From the NCBI GenBank assembly GCA_016777965.1, contig JADHQL010000001.1, positions 89,189-153,188 of the forward strand: a stretch of 64,000 nt of DNA. Reading direction: 5' to 3'. The translations under genes and the position numbers were made by a program. Within the stretch, counting starts at the first letter, position 1. The number at the start of each line of letters is the position of its first letter. Below, one piece after another: positions 40,093 through 49,827 of the stretch. A model generated the notes under the pieces. The model was not told the DNA's origin, did not search any database, and worked only from the letters and a program-made list of their open reading frames with translations. This DNA is from Fidelibacterota bacterium (GTDB taxonomy: Bacteria > Fidelibacterota > Marinisomatia > Marinisomatales > Marinisomataceae).

Positions 40093-42400
40093 TAATTGTT
40101 TCTAAATAAGCTTCGTCAACTAACACTTCCCTTGCCTTACTTCCAGTAAACGGACCAACAATTTTGAGTCTTTCCATCTCATCTATTAGTCTTGCTGCTC
40201 TGGAATAACCAACCGATAATCTTCTTTGTAATAATGAAATAGAACCTTGCTTACTCATAACAATAATTTCAATTGCTTTATGCAGTAAATCGTCATCAAT
40301 ACTATCTCCATCAACCATTGAACTTGATTCTTCTTTATAAGTTTCAATAATTACTTCACTTGGCTTTGGTTGAGATGAAATGTGAGCAACTAAATCTTCA
40401 ATTTCATTTAATGTTATAAAAGCACCATGCATTCTAACTGGCGCAGGCGATCCCGGTTTTTGATACAACATATCACCTTTTCCAATAAGCTTATCTGCTC
40501 CATTTTCATCTAAAATTGTTCTTGAGTCAATTTTAGTTGCAACTTGAAACGCAATTCTAGCTGGGAAATTAGCCTTTATAACTCCTGTAATTACATCTAC
40601 AGATGGTCTTTGAGTAGCAACAATTAAGTGAATACCAACAGCCCTAGCTAGCTGGGCTAATCTTGCAATAGGTGCTTCAACATCTCTGGGACTATACATC
40701 ATCAAATCAGCAAGCTCATCAATCATCAGAACAATATATGGCATTAAATCTTTTTTAGATTTTTTCATCATATCATTGTATTCAGAAATATTTCTTTTAC
40801 CAGCCTCAGCTAATAAATCATATCTTGAATCCATTTCTCTTTCAAGAGATCTTAATGCTAAAATTGCATTGTCTTTCTTAGTAATGATTGATTCATCAAT
40901 ACCGTTAAATTTTAATAAGTAGTGATTTTCAAGTCCTCTATAAAGCGACATTTCCACCTTTTTGGGATCAATAATTACAAATTTTACTTCTTCAGGTTTT
41001 AATTGATAAAGAAGACTTACGATTATTGTATTTAATGAAACAGACTTTCCTGAACCTGTTGTTCCTGCAATTAGTAAATGAGGCATTTCAACAAGGTCAA
41101 GAATGGATATATCTCCAAGAGTTCCTTTTCCAATGGCTAATTTTAGCTTGGCTTTAGATTTAAGATATTTTTCAGAATTAATTACATTTTTTAAATAAAT
41201 AGTTTGAGGGTTGACATTTGGAATTTCAACTCCAACATAATTTGAACCAGGTATTGGAGCAAGAACTCTTACGCTCTGTGCTTCCATCACCCTAGCAATG
41301 TCATCTGAAAGCTGAACAAATTTATTAACCCTCACACCTTCGGCAGGTAAAATCTCAAAAAGAGTAATTATTGGGCCAGTCTTGATTGCTCCGGAAGAAC
41401 CTTCTACTCCAAAATTTGAAAGAGAATTTTTAAGTAGCTCTGATCTACCTCTGATGTCATCTTCATTTATTTCACTTGATTCATCTGATGATTTTAAAAT
41501 ATCTGTTGAGGGAAACTTCCACTCAACTTTTAGAATTGATTTATTTCTTTGATCATCAATTTCTGCTTCTTTTTCAATGATTGCTTTTTCAATTAAAATG
41601 GCATCTAATTCTTCCTTTTGATTTATTTCTTGATCTACTTCAACTTTAGGTTTATCAGCAGTTGTATCAATTTCAGTATCTTGAGCAGGTTCAGCTGAAG
41701 TTTCCTTTTCAACAACCTGATTTAAATATTCAATACTTTCTTCAGTATTAATGTTTTCAAGAAATGAATCATCTTCAACAATTTTGACTTTTTCTTTTTT
41801 ACCATTCTCTTTTTTAAAGTCAGGTATAATTTTCTTGAAATCAAATTCTATTTTAGAAATTTTATTAATTAAAATACTTGGTATATCTTTCAAAGATTTA
41901 TATAAATCAATTTTGAAAAATGATACTAAAAATAAAGCTAATGAAGAAAAGAGAATTAAAACTGAACCATAAAATCCAGTCCAATCATAAATAAGACTAA
42001 ATATTAAGCCTCCTAGAAGTCCAGAATCTTCAAAATTTTGAATCTCTTTAAATTCTAATAAAAAGCTTAAGTTGCTAAAAAAACCTAATAGTACAGAAAG
42101 AAGAATCAGTAATAAAATCTGAAATCGCAATAATCTTAAAAAATTAAATGAAAAATTAGAAATAAAATAAAATGAAATCGTCGCTAATATAATTGGGATT
42201 AATAGAGCCGCATAACCAAACCCTAATTTCATCAAATAAAATCCAATATATACTCCCAATATATTAAATGGGTTATTAATTTTTTGTGCTACAAGCGTTG
42301 GCTCTTCAGTCGAATCATAACCAATCATTGAACCAGTAATCAATAAAGAAATAATCAATAATAACAAACCAATAATTTGAATCTTTAACTTGTCTTTCAT
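40082..42400 (-). CDS. ftsK: DNA translocase FtsK
   Basis: 772-aa ORF with N-terminal TM helices, an acidic linker, Walker A GTTGSGKS, the motor motif IATQRPSVDVITG and a C-terminal gamma winged helix (SISLLQRRLSVGYSRAARLIDEME). Confidence 0.95.
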   Translation of the reverse strand: MKDKLKIQIIGLLLLIISLLITGSMIGYDSTEEPTLVAQKINNPFNILGVYIGFYLMKLGFGYAALLIPIILATISFYFISNFSFNFLRLLRFQILLLILLSVLLGFFSNLSFLLEFKEIQNFEDSGLLGGLIFSLIYDWTGFYGSVLILFSSLALFLVSFFKIDLYKSLKDIPSILINKISKIEFDFKKIIPDFKKENGKKEKVKIVEDDSFLENINTEESIEYLNQVVEKETSAEPAQDTEIDTTADKPKVEVDQEINQKEELDAILIEKAIIEKEAEIDDQRNKSILKVEWKFPSTDILKSSDESSEINEDDIRGRSELLKNSLSNFGVEGSSGAIKTGPIITLFEILPAEGVRVNKFVQLSDDIARVMEAQSVRVLAPIPGSNYVGVEIPNVNPQTIYLKNVINSEKYLKSKAKLKLAIGKGTLGDISILDLVEMPHLLIAGTTGSGKSVSLNTIIVSLLYQLKPEEVKFVIIDPKKVEMSLYRGLENHYLLKFNGIDESIITKKDNAILALRSLEREMDSRYDLLAEAGKRNISEYNDMMKKSKKDLMPYIVLMIDELADLMMYSPRDVEAPIARLAQLARAVGIHLIVATQRPSVDVITGVIKANFPARIAFQVATKIDSRTILDENGADKLIGKGDMLYQKPGSPAPVRMHGAFITLNEIEDLVAHISSQPKPSEVIIETYKEESSSMVDGDSIDDDLLHKAIEIIVMSKQGSISLLQRRLSVGYSRAARLIDEMERLKIVGPFTGSKAREVLVDEAYLETINED

Positions 42401-43470
42401 TTTAAATAAGTCCCATTTTTATAGAATGGTAATTTAGTTTTTTCAAAAATAAAAAAATTATCTCTTATTCCAATCAAAAATTCTTTCTCTAACCTCATTT
42501 CATAATCAACATAGGCAAGAGCAATTCCTTTTTTTAAACACGGAGACATTCCTCCGCTTGTAACTACGCCTACTTCTTTTTTATCTTTCGAAAATATCTT
42601 ATAACCTGATCTCGGTATGGCTCTTTCCTCTGATATAAGTGCGATTAATTTCTTTGATGGTAAATTATCTTGCATTGAATTTGAACCGATAAAGCTTGTT
42701 TCAAGCTTTGTTATCCATGATAATCCTGCTTCAATTGTTGTCGATTGCTCATTAAGCTCATTTCCGTATAAACAATATCCCATTTCAAGCCTCAATGAGT
42801 CTCTACATCCTAATCCAACAGGCAATATATCATCTGAAAGAGACAAAATTTCATTCCAAAGTTTTAAAATGATTGAATTAGGTGCATAAATTTCAAAACC
42901 TAATTCACCTGAATAACCAGTTCTTGCAACTATAACCTCATTATTGTCTGGTAGCAATGTTTCATAATATTTTAAATCTTCAATTTTTGGATAGAGTTTT
43001 TTTAGATGAGTTCTTGATATAGGGCCTTGTAAAGCTAACAAAGACATTGTGTCAGATTTATCTTCCAATGATACACCATCAATTAACTTTGAAGAAAGCC
43101 ATTCAAAGTTTTTTTCAATATTTGAAGCATTTACTACCAACATGTAGTAATCGCCAAGATGATACACCAGCAAATCATCAATAACTCCACCGGAATCGTT
43201 ACAAAAAGCAGAATACTGAACTTTTCCAGCTTCCAGGTTTTGAATATCATTAGTGGTTACATTCTGTAAAAAAGTTTTAGCATTATTTCCAGAAACAATA
43301 AACTCTCCCATATGACTTACATCAAATAATCCACACTTTGAGCGCACATGATGATGCTCTTTTATTATACTTGAATATTGGAGAGGCATCCAAAATCCAG
43401 AGAATGGGACTAATTTTGCTTTTAAACTTTGATGAGAAACATGCAGTTTAGTTTTTCTATAATCACTCAT
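42397..43470 (-). CDS. gcvT: Glycine cleavage system aminomethyltransferase T
   Basis: 357-aa ORF with FSGFWMPLQY, GLFDVSHMGEF and RTGYSGELGFEI. Confidence 0.94.
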   Translation of the reverse strand: MSDYRKTKLHVSHQSLKAKLVPFSGFWMPLQYSSIIKEHHHVRSKCGLFDVSHMGEFIVSGNNAKTFLQNVTTNDIQNLEAGKVQYSAFCNDSGGVIDDLLVYHLGDYYMLVVNASNIEKNFEWLSSKLIDGVSLEDKSDTMSLLALQGPISRTHLKKLYPKIEDLKYYETLLPDNNEVIVARTGYSGELGFEIYAPNSIILKLWNEILSLSDDILPVGLGCRDSLRLEMGYCLYGNELNEQSTTIEAGLSWITKLETSFIGSNSMQDNLPSKKLIALISEERAIPRSGYKIFSKDKKEVGVVTSGGMSPCLKKGIALAYVDYEMRLEKEFLIGIRDNFFIFEKTKLPFYKNGTYLK

Positions 43471-44060
43471 CTAATGATAGCCAAAATTCTTTTAATTACA
43501 TTTTCAATATCACCTTCGTATGAACCTTCATCATTTATTTTTTTTACTGCCTTGTCAATTTGTGACTTTTTATAGCCCAGTGAAGAGAGTGCAGTATAAA
43601 TATCATCGTAAGAAAAGTCTAACTTATCATTATCAAGATTTTGAGTTGAAATTGGTGTTGATGTTATCTTCTCCTTAATATCTAAAATAATTCTTTTTGC
43701 TGTTTTAGGACCTATTCCAGGAATAAGACTAAGCGATTTAACGTCTTCAGAAACAATGTTATCCTTGAAGCTTGATACCGACGCATTTGAAAGAAGGTTG
43801 ATAGCAGTTCTAGGCCCAATTCCTGATACATCAATTAAATTTAAAAAAAGAGATCTTCGTTCTAAATCCATAAACCCATAAAGCTCCATTAAATTTTCTT
43901 TTACATTAAGATATGTATATATAAAAATATTTTCATTTTCTGATGGTAATTTTTCATAATCTCTTAAACAAATTGAAATACTAAACACAATGCCATTATT
44001 TTCAATGTATAGTGTAGTTGGTTCTTTTTTGAAAATTTTTCCTGAAATTGAATTAATCAT
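43467..44060 (-). CDS. ruvA: Holliday junction DNA helicase subunit RuvA
   Basis: 197-aa ORF beginning MINSISGKI, with HhH motifs VSGIGPRTA and IPGIGPKTAKRI. Confidence 0.93.
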   Translation of the reverse strand: MINSISGKIFKKEPTTLYIENNGIVFSISICLRDYEKLPSENENIFIYTYLNVKENLMELYGFMDLERRSLFLNLIDVSGIGPRTAINLLSNASVSSFKDNIVSEDVKSLSLIPGIGPKTAKRIILDIKEKITSTPISTQNLDNDKLDFSYDDIYTALSSLGYKKSQIDKAVKKINDEGSYEGDIENVIKRILAIIR

Positions 44061-44531
44061 CTATGTCCTATTTATTCCGCACCACGCAACCGCAATTGCA
44101 TCTGAGATATCATTTTTCTTTAAAACTTTATCATCTAATTTAAATATTTTTTTTACCATAAATGCAACCTGTTCTTTTGATGCTGAACCATTACCTACAA
44201 TTGATTGCTTTATTTCTCTTGGGCTAAATTCTTTTGAGACAATACTATTATGTTCTGCTGCAAGCATCACTGATGACTTTGCCTGACCTAACTTAATTGC
44301 TGATTGAACATTTTTTCCATAAAAGACATTTTCAACATACAACATTTTTGGTTTAAATTTTTTTATTAGATTATTTGACTCAAAAAATATAGAATATAAT
44401 CTTTCCGAAACTTCTTTTCCTTTTTTAGGACTAATTAATCCGCACTCAACCATGGTTATTTCGTTATTTTTTTTTCTCAAAACAGCATAACCTGTATTAG
44501 TTAAACCTGGATCAAAGCCAATAATTACCAT
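44061..44531 (-). CDS. ruvC: Crossover junction endodeoxyribonuclease RuvC
   Basis: 156-aa ORF with IIGFDPGLTNTGYAVL, VENVFYGKNVQSAIKLGQA and the C-terminal DISDAIAVAWC. Confidence 0.93.
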   Translation of the reverse strand: MVIIGFDPGLTNTGYAVLRKKNNEITMVECGLISPKKGKEVSERLYSIFFESNNLIKKFKPKMLYVENVFYGKNVQSAIKLGQAKSSVMLAAEHNSIVSKEFSPREIKQSIVGNGSASKEQVAFMVKKIFKLDDKVLKKNDISDAIAVAWCGINRT

Positions 44532-45259
44532 TAGCTTTTTCCTAGTGATTGGTTTGAAAATACATTTTGCACATCCTCTAAATCATCTAAGAATTCTAAT
44601 AATTTTTCAACTTTTTGATTTTCATCTTCATTTAAACTTATTTCATCCTTGGGAACATATGCCAAAAAAGACGAATCTACGTGAATACTTAATTTTTCGA
44701 GGATATCAAGCTTGTTATAAAGATCATTTGAATTGAAATGCAATCTATAACAGTCTTCATCTTCAAAAAATTCAATACAATCATTTTCAATTGAAAATTC
44801 AAAGATTTCGTTTTCAGAAATTTCATTTTTATCAATAAGAATTATACCATTTCTTTCAAAATTCCAAGACACGCTACCAGCTTGACCAAGAGAGCCGCCA
44901 AATTTTGAAAGTGCATGCCTAATATCGGCAACTGTTCTATTCTTATTATCAGTTATTGCTTCTATAAGTATTGCTACTCCAAAAGGTCCATATCCTTCAT
45001 ATGAAACCTCTTCAATAATTACATTATCTAATTCTCCGACACCTTTTTTAATTGCTTTATCAATATTTGAGTTTGGCATATTTAATGACTTTGCTTTCTT
45101 TACTGCCAGTCTTAGTCTCGGGTTTGAATCAATATCTTTTCCACCCAATCTTGAAGATACAGTTATCTCTTTGCTTATTGTTGAGAAAATCTTGCCTCTC
45201 TTCTGATCAAGAGCACCTTTTTTTCGTTTTATAGTTGACCACTTACTATGACCAGCCAT
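44531..45259 (-). CDS. yebC: YebC/PmpR-family DNA-binding transcriptional regulator
   Basis: 242-aa ORF beginning MAGHSKWSTIKRKKGALDQKRGKIF, with NPRLRLAVKKAKSLNMP. Confidence 0.94.
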   Translation of the reverse strand: MAGHSKWSTIKRKKGALDQKRGKIFSTISKEITVSSRLGGKDIDSNPRLRLAVKKAKSLNMPNSNIDKAIKKGVGELDNVIIEEVSYEGYGPFGVAILIEAITDNKNRTVADIRHALSKFGGSLGQAGSVSWNFERNGIILIDKNEISENEIFEFSIENDCIEFFEDEDCYRLHFNSNDLYNKLDILEKLSIHVDSSFLAYVPKDEISLNEDENQKVEKLLEFLDDLEDVQNVFSNQSLGKS

Positions 45260-45672
45260 TAACCATCCTTTTCGATCATCGTGGGAACAACCCAGGCTGT
45301 TCTATAACCTAATCTCACAATTTTTTTCTGAAAACTTTCAGCCTCTTTCCTATTAACAAAATTTCCAACTCTTAATTTATAATTTGGTAATTCAAAAATA
45401 ATGTAAATTTGCTCATTAATAGATTTTTCAATTTCATTCTTAATATCTTGTAGTTCCTGTTCATTTTGAGAAATAACAATTTGAACTCTATATCCCTTTA
45501 TTAAATTAATCTCATCAGTTGAGGAAATGTCTTCTATTTCATCTTGACTAGAAAATGAAGGTAAATTGACGATAGGAAATTTTGGAGGATTATCATTGAA
45601 ATCACTTGGCTTTAAAAAGTCAGATTGACAAAGTGCGTTACTAATAAAGAAAAGGATTAAAAAATATCTCAT
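45259..45672 (-). CDS. SPOR-domain (peptidoglycan-binding) secreted protein
   Basis: The ORF track extends to 45750. The ATG at 45672 (MRYFLILFFISNALCQ, signal-like) lies just past the batE stop. The C-terminal segment GYRVQIVISQNEQE...YKLRVGNFVNRKEAESFQKKIVRLGYRTAWVV is SPOR-like. Confidence 0.65.
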   Translation of the reverse strand: MRYFLILFFISNALCQSDFLKPSDFNDNPPKFPIVNLPSFSSQDEIEDISSTDEINLIKGYRVQIVISQNEQELQDIKNEIEKSINEQIYIIFELPNYKLRVGNFVNRKEAESFQKKIVRLGYRTAWVVPTMIEKDG

Positions 45673-45673
45673 A

Positions 45674-46420
45674 TTAATACAAATTTCTAACATCTTGAGC
45701 TCGAATCCAACCTTTTCTTCCATCAAAAGTTGAAACTTCAATCCACACATCAGTTTTTTGATGAATTTTCACTTTATTGCCTCTATAAAATACTGATTGT
45801 TCTATTGCTTGATTTAAAAAAGGAGCAGAATAAACTATAACTTCTTCATTAACAATAATTGCATATAAATTATTTTGATCCCAAATATTTTTAGTAAAAG
45901 TAATTAAAACTGATATAAATACGATTATTGACATCAAATAAAAAATTCTTTTAAGCACTTTTAATTGAAATACTTTCATTAAAAAAAATGATATTGCAGT
46001 CAAAAGGATAAAATATGAATTAATTAAAAGAAATTGGCTAAGAGAAAGTGATTGAAAAAAAATATTTATTATATCAATTAAGTTATTTTTAGGTAACTCA
46101 ATATAGCCATCAATATATGCTTTATTGACATTATTATTATTTTTCAAATCAGAATTGATTGGATTTAATTTTAAACCCATTTCATATGACCATCTAGCTT
46201 TGCCAAAATTGGATTCATGAAAGTAAGCATTACCTAAATTCAAATATAAATCCTCTGAAAAGAAGCCATTTTCTAATATCTTTTCATAATTTGAAATTGC
46301 TTCTTTATAATTATTTTGACTATAAAATTCATTCCCATTATCAAAAAGCTCATTGATGTTTTGTGAAAAAACAATTGTCAAATTAAAGAAAATAATAATG
46401 ATAACTTTAAACATATTCAT
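45674..46420 (-). CDS. batE: BatE-like protein (TPR repeats, TM segments, C-terminal SH3b-like domain)
   Basis: Start is ATG at 46420; the ORF track uses TTG at 46423. It has TPR-like NNYKEAISNYEKIL and LGNAYFHESNFGKARWSYEMGLKLNP, mid-protein TM helices and the C-terminal DGRKGWIRAQDV. It is the last gene of the bat-like array. Confidence 0.55.
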   Translation of the reverse strand: MNMFKVIIIIFFNLTIVFSQNINELFDNGNEFYSQNNYKEAISNYEKILENGFFSEDLYLNLGNAYFHESNFGKARWSYEMGLKLNPINSDLKNNNNVNKAYIDGYIELPKNNLIDIINIFFQSLSLSQFLLINSYFILLTAISFFLMKVFQLKVLKRIFYLMSIIVFISVLITFTKNIWDQNNLYAIIVNEEVIVYSAPFLNQAIEQSVFYRGNKVKIHQKTDVWIEVSTFDGRKGWIRAQDVRNLY

Positions 46421-48113
46421 CAATCCTTTTTAAAATTTTCTTTAAAGATTTCTTAATATCCTCTTCATCTTTATCATCTTTAAGCTGAGAATATGATTTA
46501 GCTTGAAATTCATCCAAAAGCCTTGATATAGCATCAAAATCATTTGATTTAATTTTGTCTTTTAAAATACTCTTTAATGAAGTGACATCAATATTTATTG
46601 AACTTAAAATATTTTTTTGATTAAAATATTTTTTGATGATTTTTATTCCGTCCTCATATATTGAATGTGACAAATCAAGGTTTTTTAATGAATTGTTTAA
46701 AGCATTATTCAATTTTATATATTGATTTATATATCTTCTAAGATTTCTAAAACTTGATTCAAAATATGGTATTATAAATAATATTAAGGCTATAAAAAGT
46801 ATAAAGAAAATCGAATTTTGAATTTTGAATTTTGATGAAGATATCCAGTACTGTTCACCTATTCTAATATATCTAATCAGATTTGAATTTGAATTCAAAA
46901 TTTCTTTATCAGATATATCAAAAATTGTGCTCTTATTAACATTTAAATTTATATTTTTTGATAATGCTTTTGTCCATGATTTAGTATCCGAACTAAAAAA
47001 AGGTATTTCAATTGAATCAATAATATAAGAGCCTTCTTTTCTGGGAATTAAATTGTACTCCCAGGTAATCAAGCCAGAAAAATCATCGGTAATATTTTTT
47101 TCAATTTTGGTTTCACCTTCAAAAATATCAAAATCATCTGGAAAAACTATTTTTGGTCTTCCTATATTAGAAAGATTTCCTTCTCCCTTTAAAGTCACCT
47201 TAAATACTACGGGAGATCCTTCGTCAATATTTGAATTCGATAGCGATGAATTGAGAGTAAAATCTCCAACTGCACCAGTAAAATTTTCTGGGATATTTTG
47301 TAGGGGTAATACCTCGATTGAAACTGGGTCAGAAACAAGCAGTTTAGCCCTAGTTCTTTGAGAAAATGTATCAAAAAATGGATCATCCCAAAAAAGCCTA
47401 TTAAATGATGAGTCTTTATTTTTTGTCTGAATCTTCATAATCATTGACTCGAGATTATAAATTCCTTCTTCAATTGGAAATAAAGCTACTTCATAGATTT
47501 TTAAAGATTTGTAATTATATCCATCAATTTCTATATCAGTCCAACTTTCTGGAGTAAATTGAATGCCAACTGGGTCAAATAATTTTTCAATCCAAAAGTC
47601 ATTATATTCAGGAAATTCTGTGGATAATACCTTTGATGCTACTCTTGTGTAAAAAGTATATGTTAATTTAATTTGCTCTCCAACATAAGCTTCATTTGTA
47701 CTTACTTTAACTTCTAGAAAAAGATCTTTAGTAGCTTGTTCAGCAGTTTGTTTAGAAACTTGAATTTTGTGAGGTTCAGTTATTAATATTTTTTGACCAA
47801 TATTGACTTTCAAGGATGGTATTTCAAGTATTCCATGCTCTTTTGCAATCAAGGTCCAAGAAATTGATCTAGAAGAGGATCTATCGCCATTTACAAACCT
47901 ATATTCACTTCCAATATTTGGACCTGAAATAATTGAAAAGAAATCTTCTATTTTTGATATATCAACTGACGGATTTTCATCAACGTCCGAAATTTTAATT
48001 GTAAAAATTATTGATTCAGTAATACTTATATTTTTAGTTGAGACTGAAGATGATATTTCTTGCCCATTTATTAAACCTACAAATGAAATAATTACAAAAA
48101 AAATTCTTACCAT
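46407..48113 (-). CDS. batD: BatD-like (oxygen-tolerance family) membrane-anchored protein
   Basis: 568-aa ORF with a signal peptide, a large beta-rich extracytoplasmic region, a single TM (IFFILFIALILFIIPYF) and a helical cytoplasmic tail. It lies between batC-like and batE-like genes. Confidence 0.55.
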   Translation of the reverse strand: MVRIFFVIISFVGLINGQEISSSVSTKNISITESIIFTIKISDVDENPSVDISKIEDFFSIISGPNIGSEYRFVNGDRSSSRSISWTLIAKEHGILEIPSLKVNIGQKILITEPHKIQVSKQTAEQATKDLFLEVKVSTNEAYVGEQIKLTYTFYTRVASKVLSTEFPEYNDFWIEKLFDPVGIQFTPESWTDIEIDGYNYKSLKIYEVALFPIEEGIYNLESMIMKIQTKNKDSSFNRLFWDDPFFDTFSQRTRAKLLVSDPVSIEVLPLQNIPENFTGAVGDFTLNSSLSNSNIDEGSPVVFKVTLKGEGNLSNIGRPKIVFPDDFDIFEGETKIEKNITDDFSGLITWEYNLIPRKEGSYIIDSIEIPFFSSDTKSWTKALSKNINLNVNKSTIFDISDKEILNSNSNLIRYIRIGEQYWISSSKFKIQNSIFFILFIALILFIIPYFESSFRNLRRYINQYIKLNNALNNSLKNLDLSHSIYEDGIKIIKKYFNQKNILSSINIDVTSLKSILKDKIKSNDFDAISRLLDEFQAKSYSQLKDDKDEEDIKKSLKKILKRIDEYV

Positions 48114-48835
48114 TCTTTTCCACTTTCGTTAGAAAAATTGTTTTGTTTTCGCTTTTTATTTACTTTTTCATTCTCTTTCATAGCATTTAAAATATTTTCA
48201 ACATTTTGGTCAATTTCAATTTGTTTTTCTTCGTTGTTTTCTTGCTGTTTTGATTGTGATGTTTCTTGATTTTTTGGACCATCATCATTATTATTTTTTT
48301 CGGGATTTCTATCTAAATTATTTGAATTATCATCCTTGTTTTTGTTTTGTTGATTCTGATCTTCGTTTTGGTTGTTTTCATTATTTTCTGAATCTTCACT
48401 ATTATCATCCTGGTCTTGATTCTGTTGTTGAGCTTGTTGATTTTTTTCAATTTCATTCTTTACAAATTCATAGTTTTTTCTTGCATCATTATCTTCTGGA
48501 TTTTTAAGAAGTGCATCTCTGTAAGATTTCAAACTTTCATCTAACATTTTTGATCTATAAAGCAAATTTCCTCGATTATAACTTAATTCTGAAGATGGAT
48601 TTAAACTATCTTGCATAGCATAATCAAAAAACTCTTCTGCTTTTTTTAAACTATCTATAGATGAATATATTGTAGCTAGATTGTAGATAATATCATCTTT
48701 AGATAAGTTCTCTTCATTTAGTAAATATTGATAATAATTTAGAGCTGATTCATAATCTCCATTATCAATCATTTTTTGTCCTATATCCTGAGATACAACT
48801 TTTGAAAAAAGTAATATAATTATTAAAAATCTCAT
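48107..48835 (-). CDS. batC: BatC-like TPR protein with N/Q/D/E-rich low-complexity tail
   Basis: 242-aa ORF with a signal peptide and TPR units (GDYESALNYYQYLL, LDESLKSYRDALLKNPED), followed by about 80 aa of Q/N/D/E repeats. Confidence 0.5.
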   Translation of the reverse strand: MRFLIIILLFSKVVSQDIGQKMIDNGDYESALNYYQYLLNEENLSKDDIIYNLATIYSSIDSLKKAEEFFDYAMQDSLNPSSELSYNRGNLLYRSKMLDESLKSYRDALLKNPEDNDARKNYEFVKNEIEKNQQAQQQNQDQDDNSEDSENNENNQNEDQNQQNKNKDDNSNNLDRNPEKNNNDDGPKNQETSQSKQQENNEEKQIEIDQNVENILNAMKENEKVNKKRKQNNFSNESGKEW

Positions 48836-49827
48836 ATTTTTCTTTTACCTGACGAAATTAAATAAGATATCATTAGAAACAATATTGCAACTGCTAATGG
48901 ATACTGAAATTTATGTTCATAGTCTGAAAATTCAAATGAACTAATTAAAGAGTCTTCCCCTTTTTTTATAATATCTATAATATTTTCGCTTATTGGCTCA
49001 CTCTTTGAGATACGTAATAATTTTCCATTGTTTAATAACGATATTTCTCTTAAAAAATTTAAATTTATTTTTGAGAGAACTAATTCACCTGACTCATCTT
49101 TTAAAAAAGAGTTTTGCTTACTGCGAATCGGAATTAGCGATCCTTTCGAACTCCCTACGCCAATAACGTGAAGATCAATTCTATCATTAACTAAGTAAGA
49201 TATATCATCAATGGACAAATCGCTGTGATCTTCACCATCTGTAAAAAGGAAAATCATTTTTTGTTGATCATCTTCATTATCAAAAGCTTCAACTGAGGTT
49301 TTTATTGCGTTTGGTATATCAGTACCTCTTGAAGATATCATTGAAGTATCAATACTTTTAATAAAAAGTTTTGATGCGTCGTAGTCCATTGTTAAAGGAA
49401 GATAAAGGAAATTTGAGCCAGAAAAAACTACAACGCCAATTCTATCCCCTTCAAGACTATCAACGATTTTGGATAGTTCAAATTTAACCTTATCAATTCT
49501 TGAAGGTTTAATATCTTGAGCATCCATGCTCAAAGAAACATCAATGCAAAAAACTATATCAACACCTTTTCTTTCAACGGGTTTTACAGTTACTCCTGTC
49601 TTTATTCCTGAAATAGCAATTATTAAAATTAAAATTCCTATTAATCTAAGGAGTATTTTTAATGAAATTGTGCTTGAATTGCCAATAAATAAACTATTAA
49701 AGAAGTTTTTTGAAAAATTTTTGTTATCGAAAATTCTATATCTACTTGATCTATAAAATGAAAAGATTATCGTTAAAAAAAACACAGCTAAACAATTAAG
49801 AGCAAAGTTTAAATATTCAAAGATCAT
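48832..49827 (-). CDS. batB: BatB-like von Willebrand factor A (vWA) membrane protein
   Basis: 331-aa ORF with N-terminal TM helices, the MIDAS motif DIVFCIDVSLSM, the vWA core (IGVVVFSG..., LFTDGEDH) and a C-terminal TM helix. Confidence 0.7.
   Translation of the reverse strand: MIFEYLNFALNCLAVFFLTIIFSFYRSSRYRIFDNKNFSKNFFNSLFIGNSSTISLKILLRLIGILILIIAISGIKTGVTVKPVERKGVDIVFCIDVSLSMDAQDIKPSRIDKVKFELSKIVDSLEGDRIGVVVFSGSNFLYLPLTMDYDASKLFIKSIDTSMISSRGTDIPNAIKTSVEAFDNEDDQQKMIFLFTDGEDHSDLSIDDISYLVNDRIDLHVIGVGSSKGSLIPIRSKQNSFLKDESGELVLSKINLNFLREISLLNNGKLLRISKSEPISENIIDIIKKGEDSLISSFEFSDYEHKFQYPLAVAILFLMISYLISSGKRKI

Noticed and set aside
43471-43530. Looked for a glycine riboswitch upstream of gcvT.
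   Set aside because: The gcvT ATG overlaps the ruvA stop (ATGA at 43467-43470). There is no untranslated leader in which a riboswitch could sit.
46813-46899. Tandem (GAATTTT)x3 at 46813-46833 and the 12-bp palindrome TTTGAATTCAAA at 46888-46899.
   Set aside because: Both are short AT-rich low-complexity sequences inside the batD-like coding frame (encoding SSSKFKIQNS and NSNSNLI). They are plausible by chance in a ~30% GC genome, and I see no accompanying structure.
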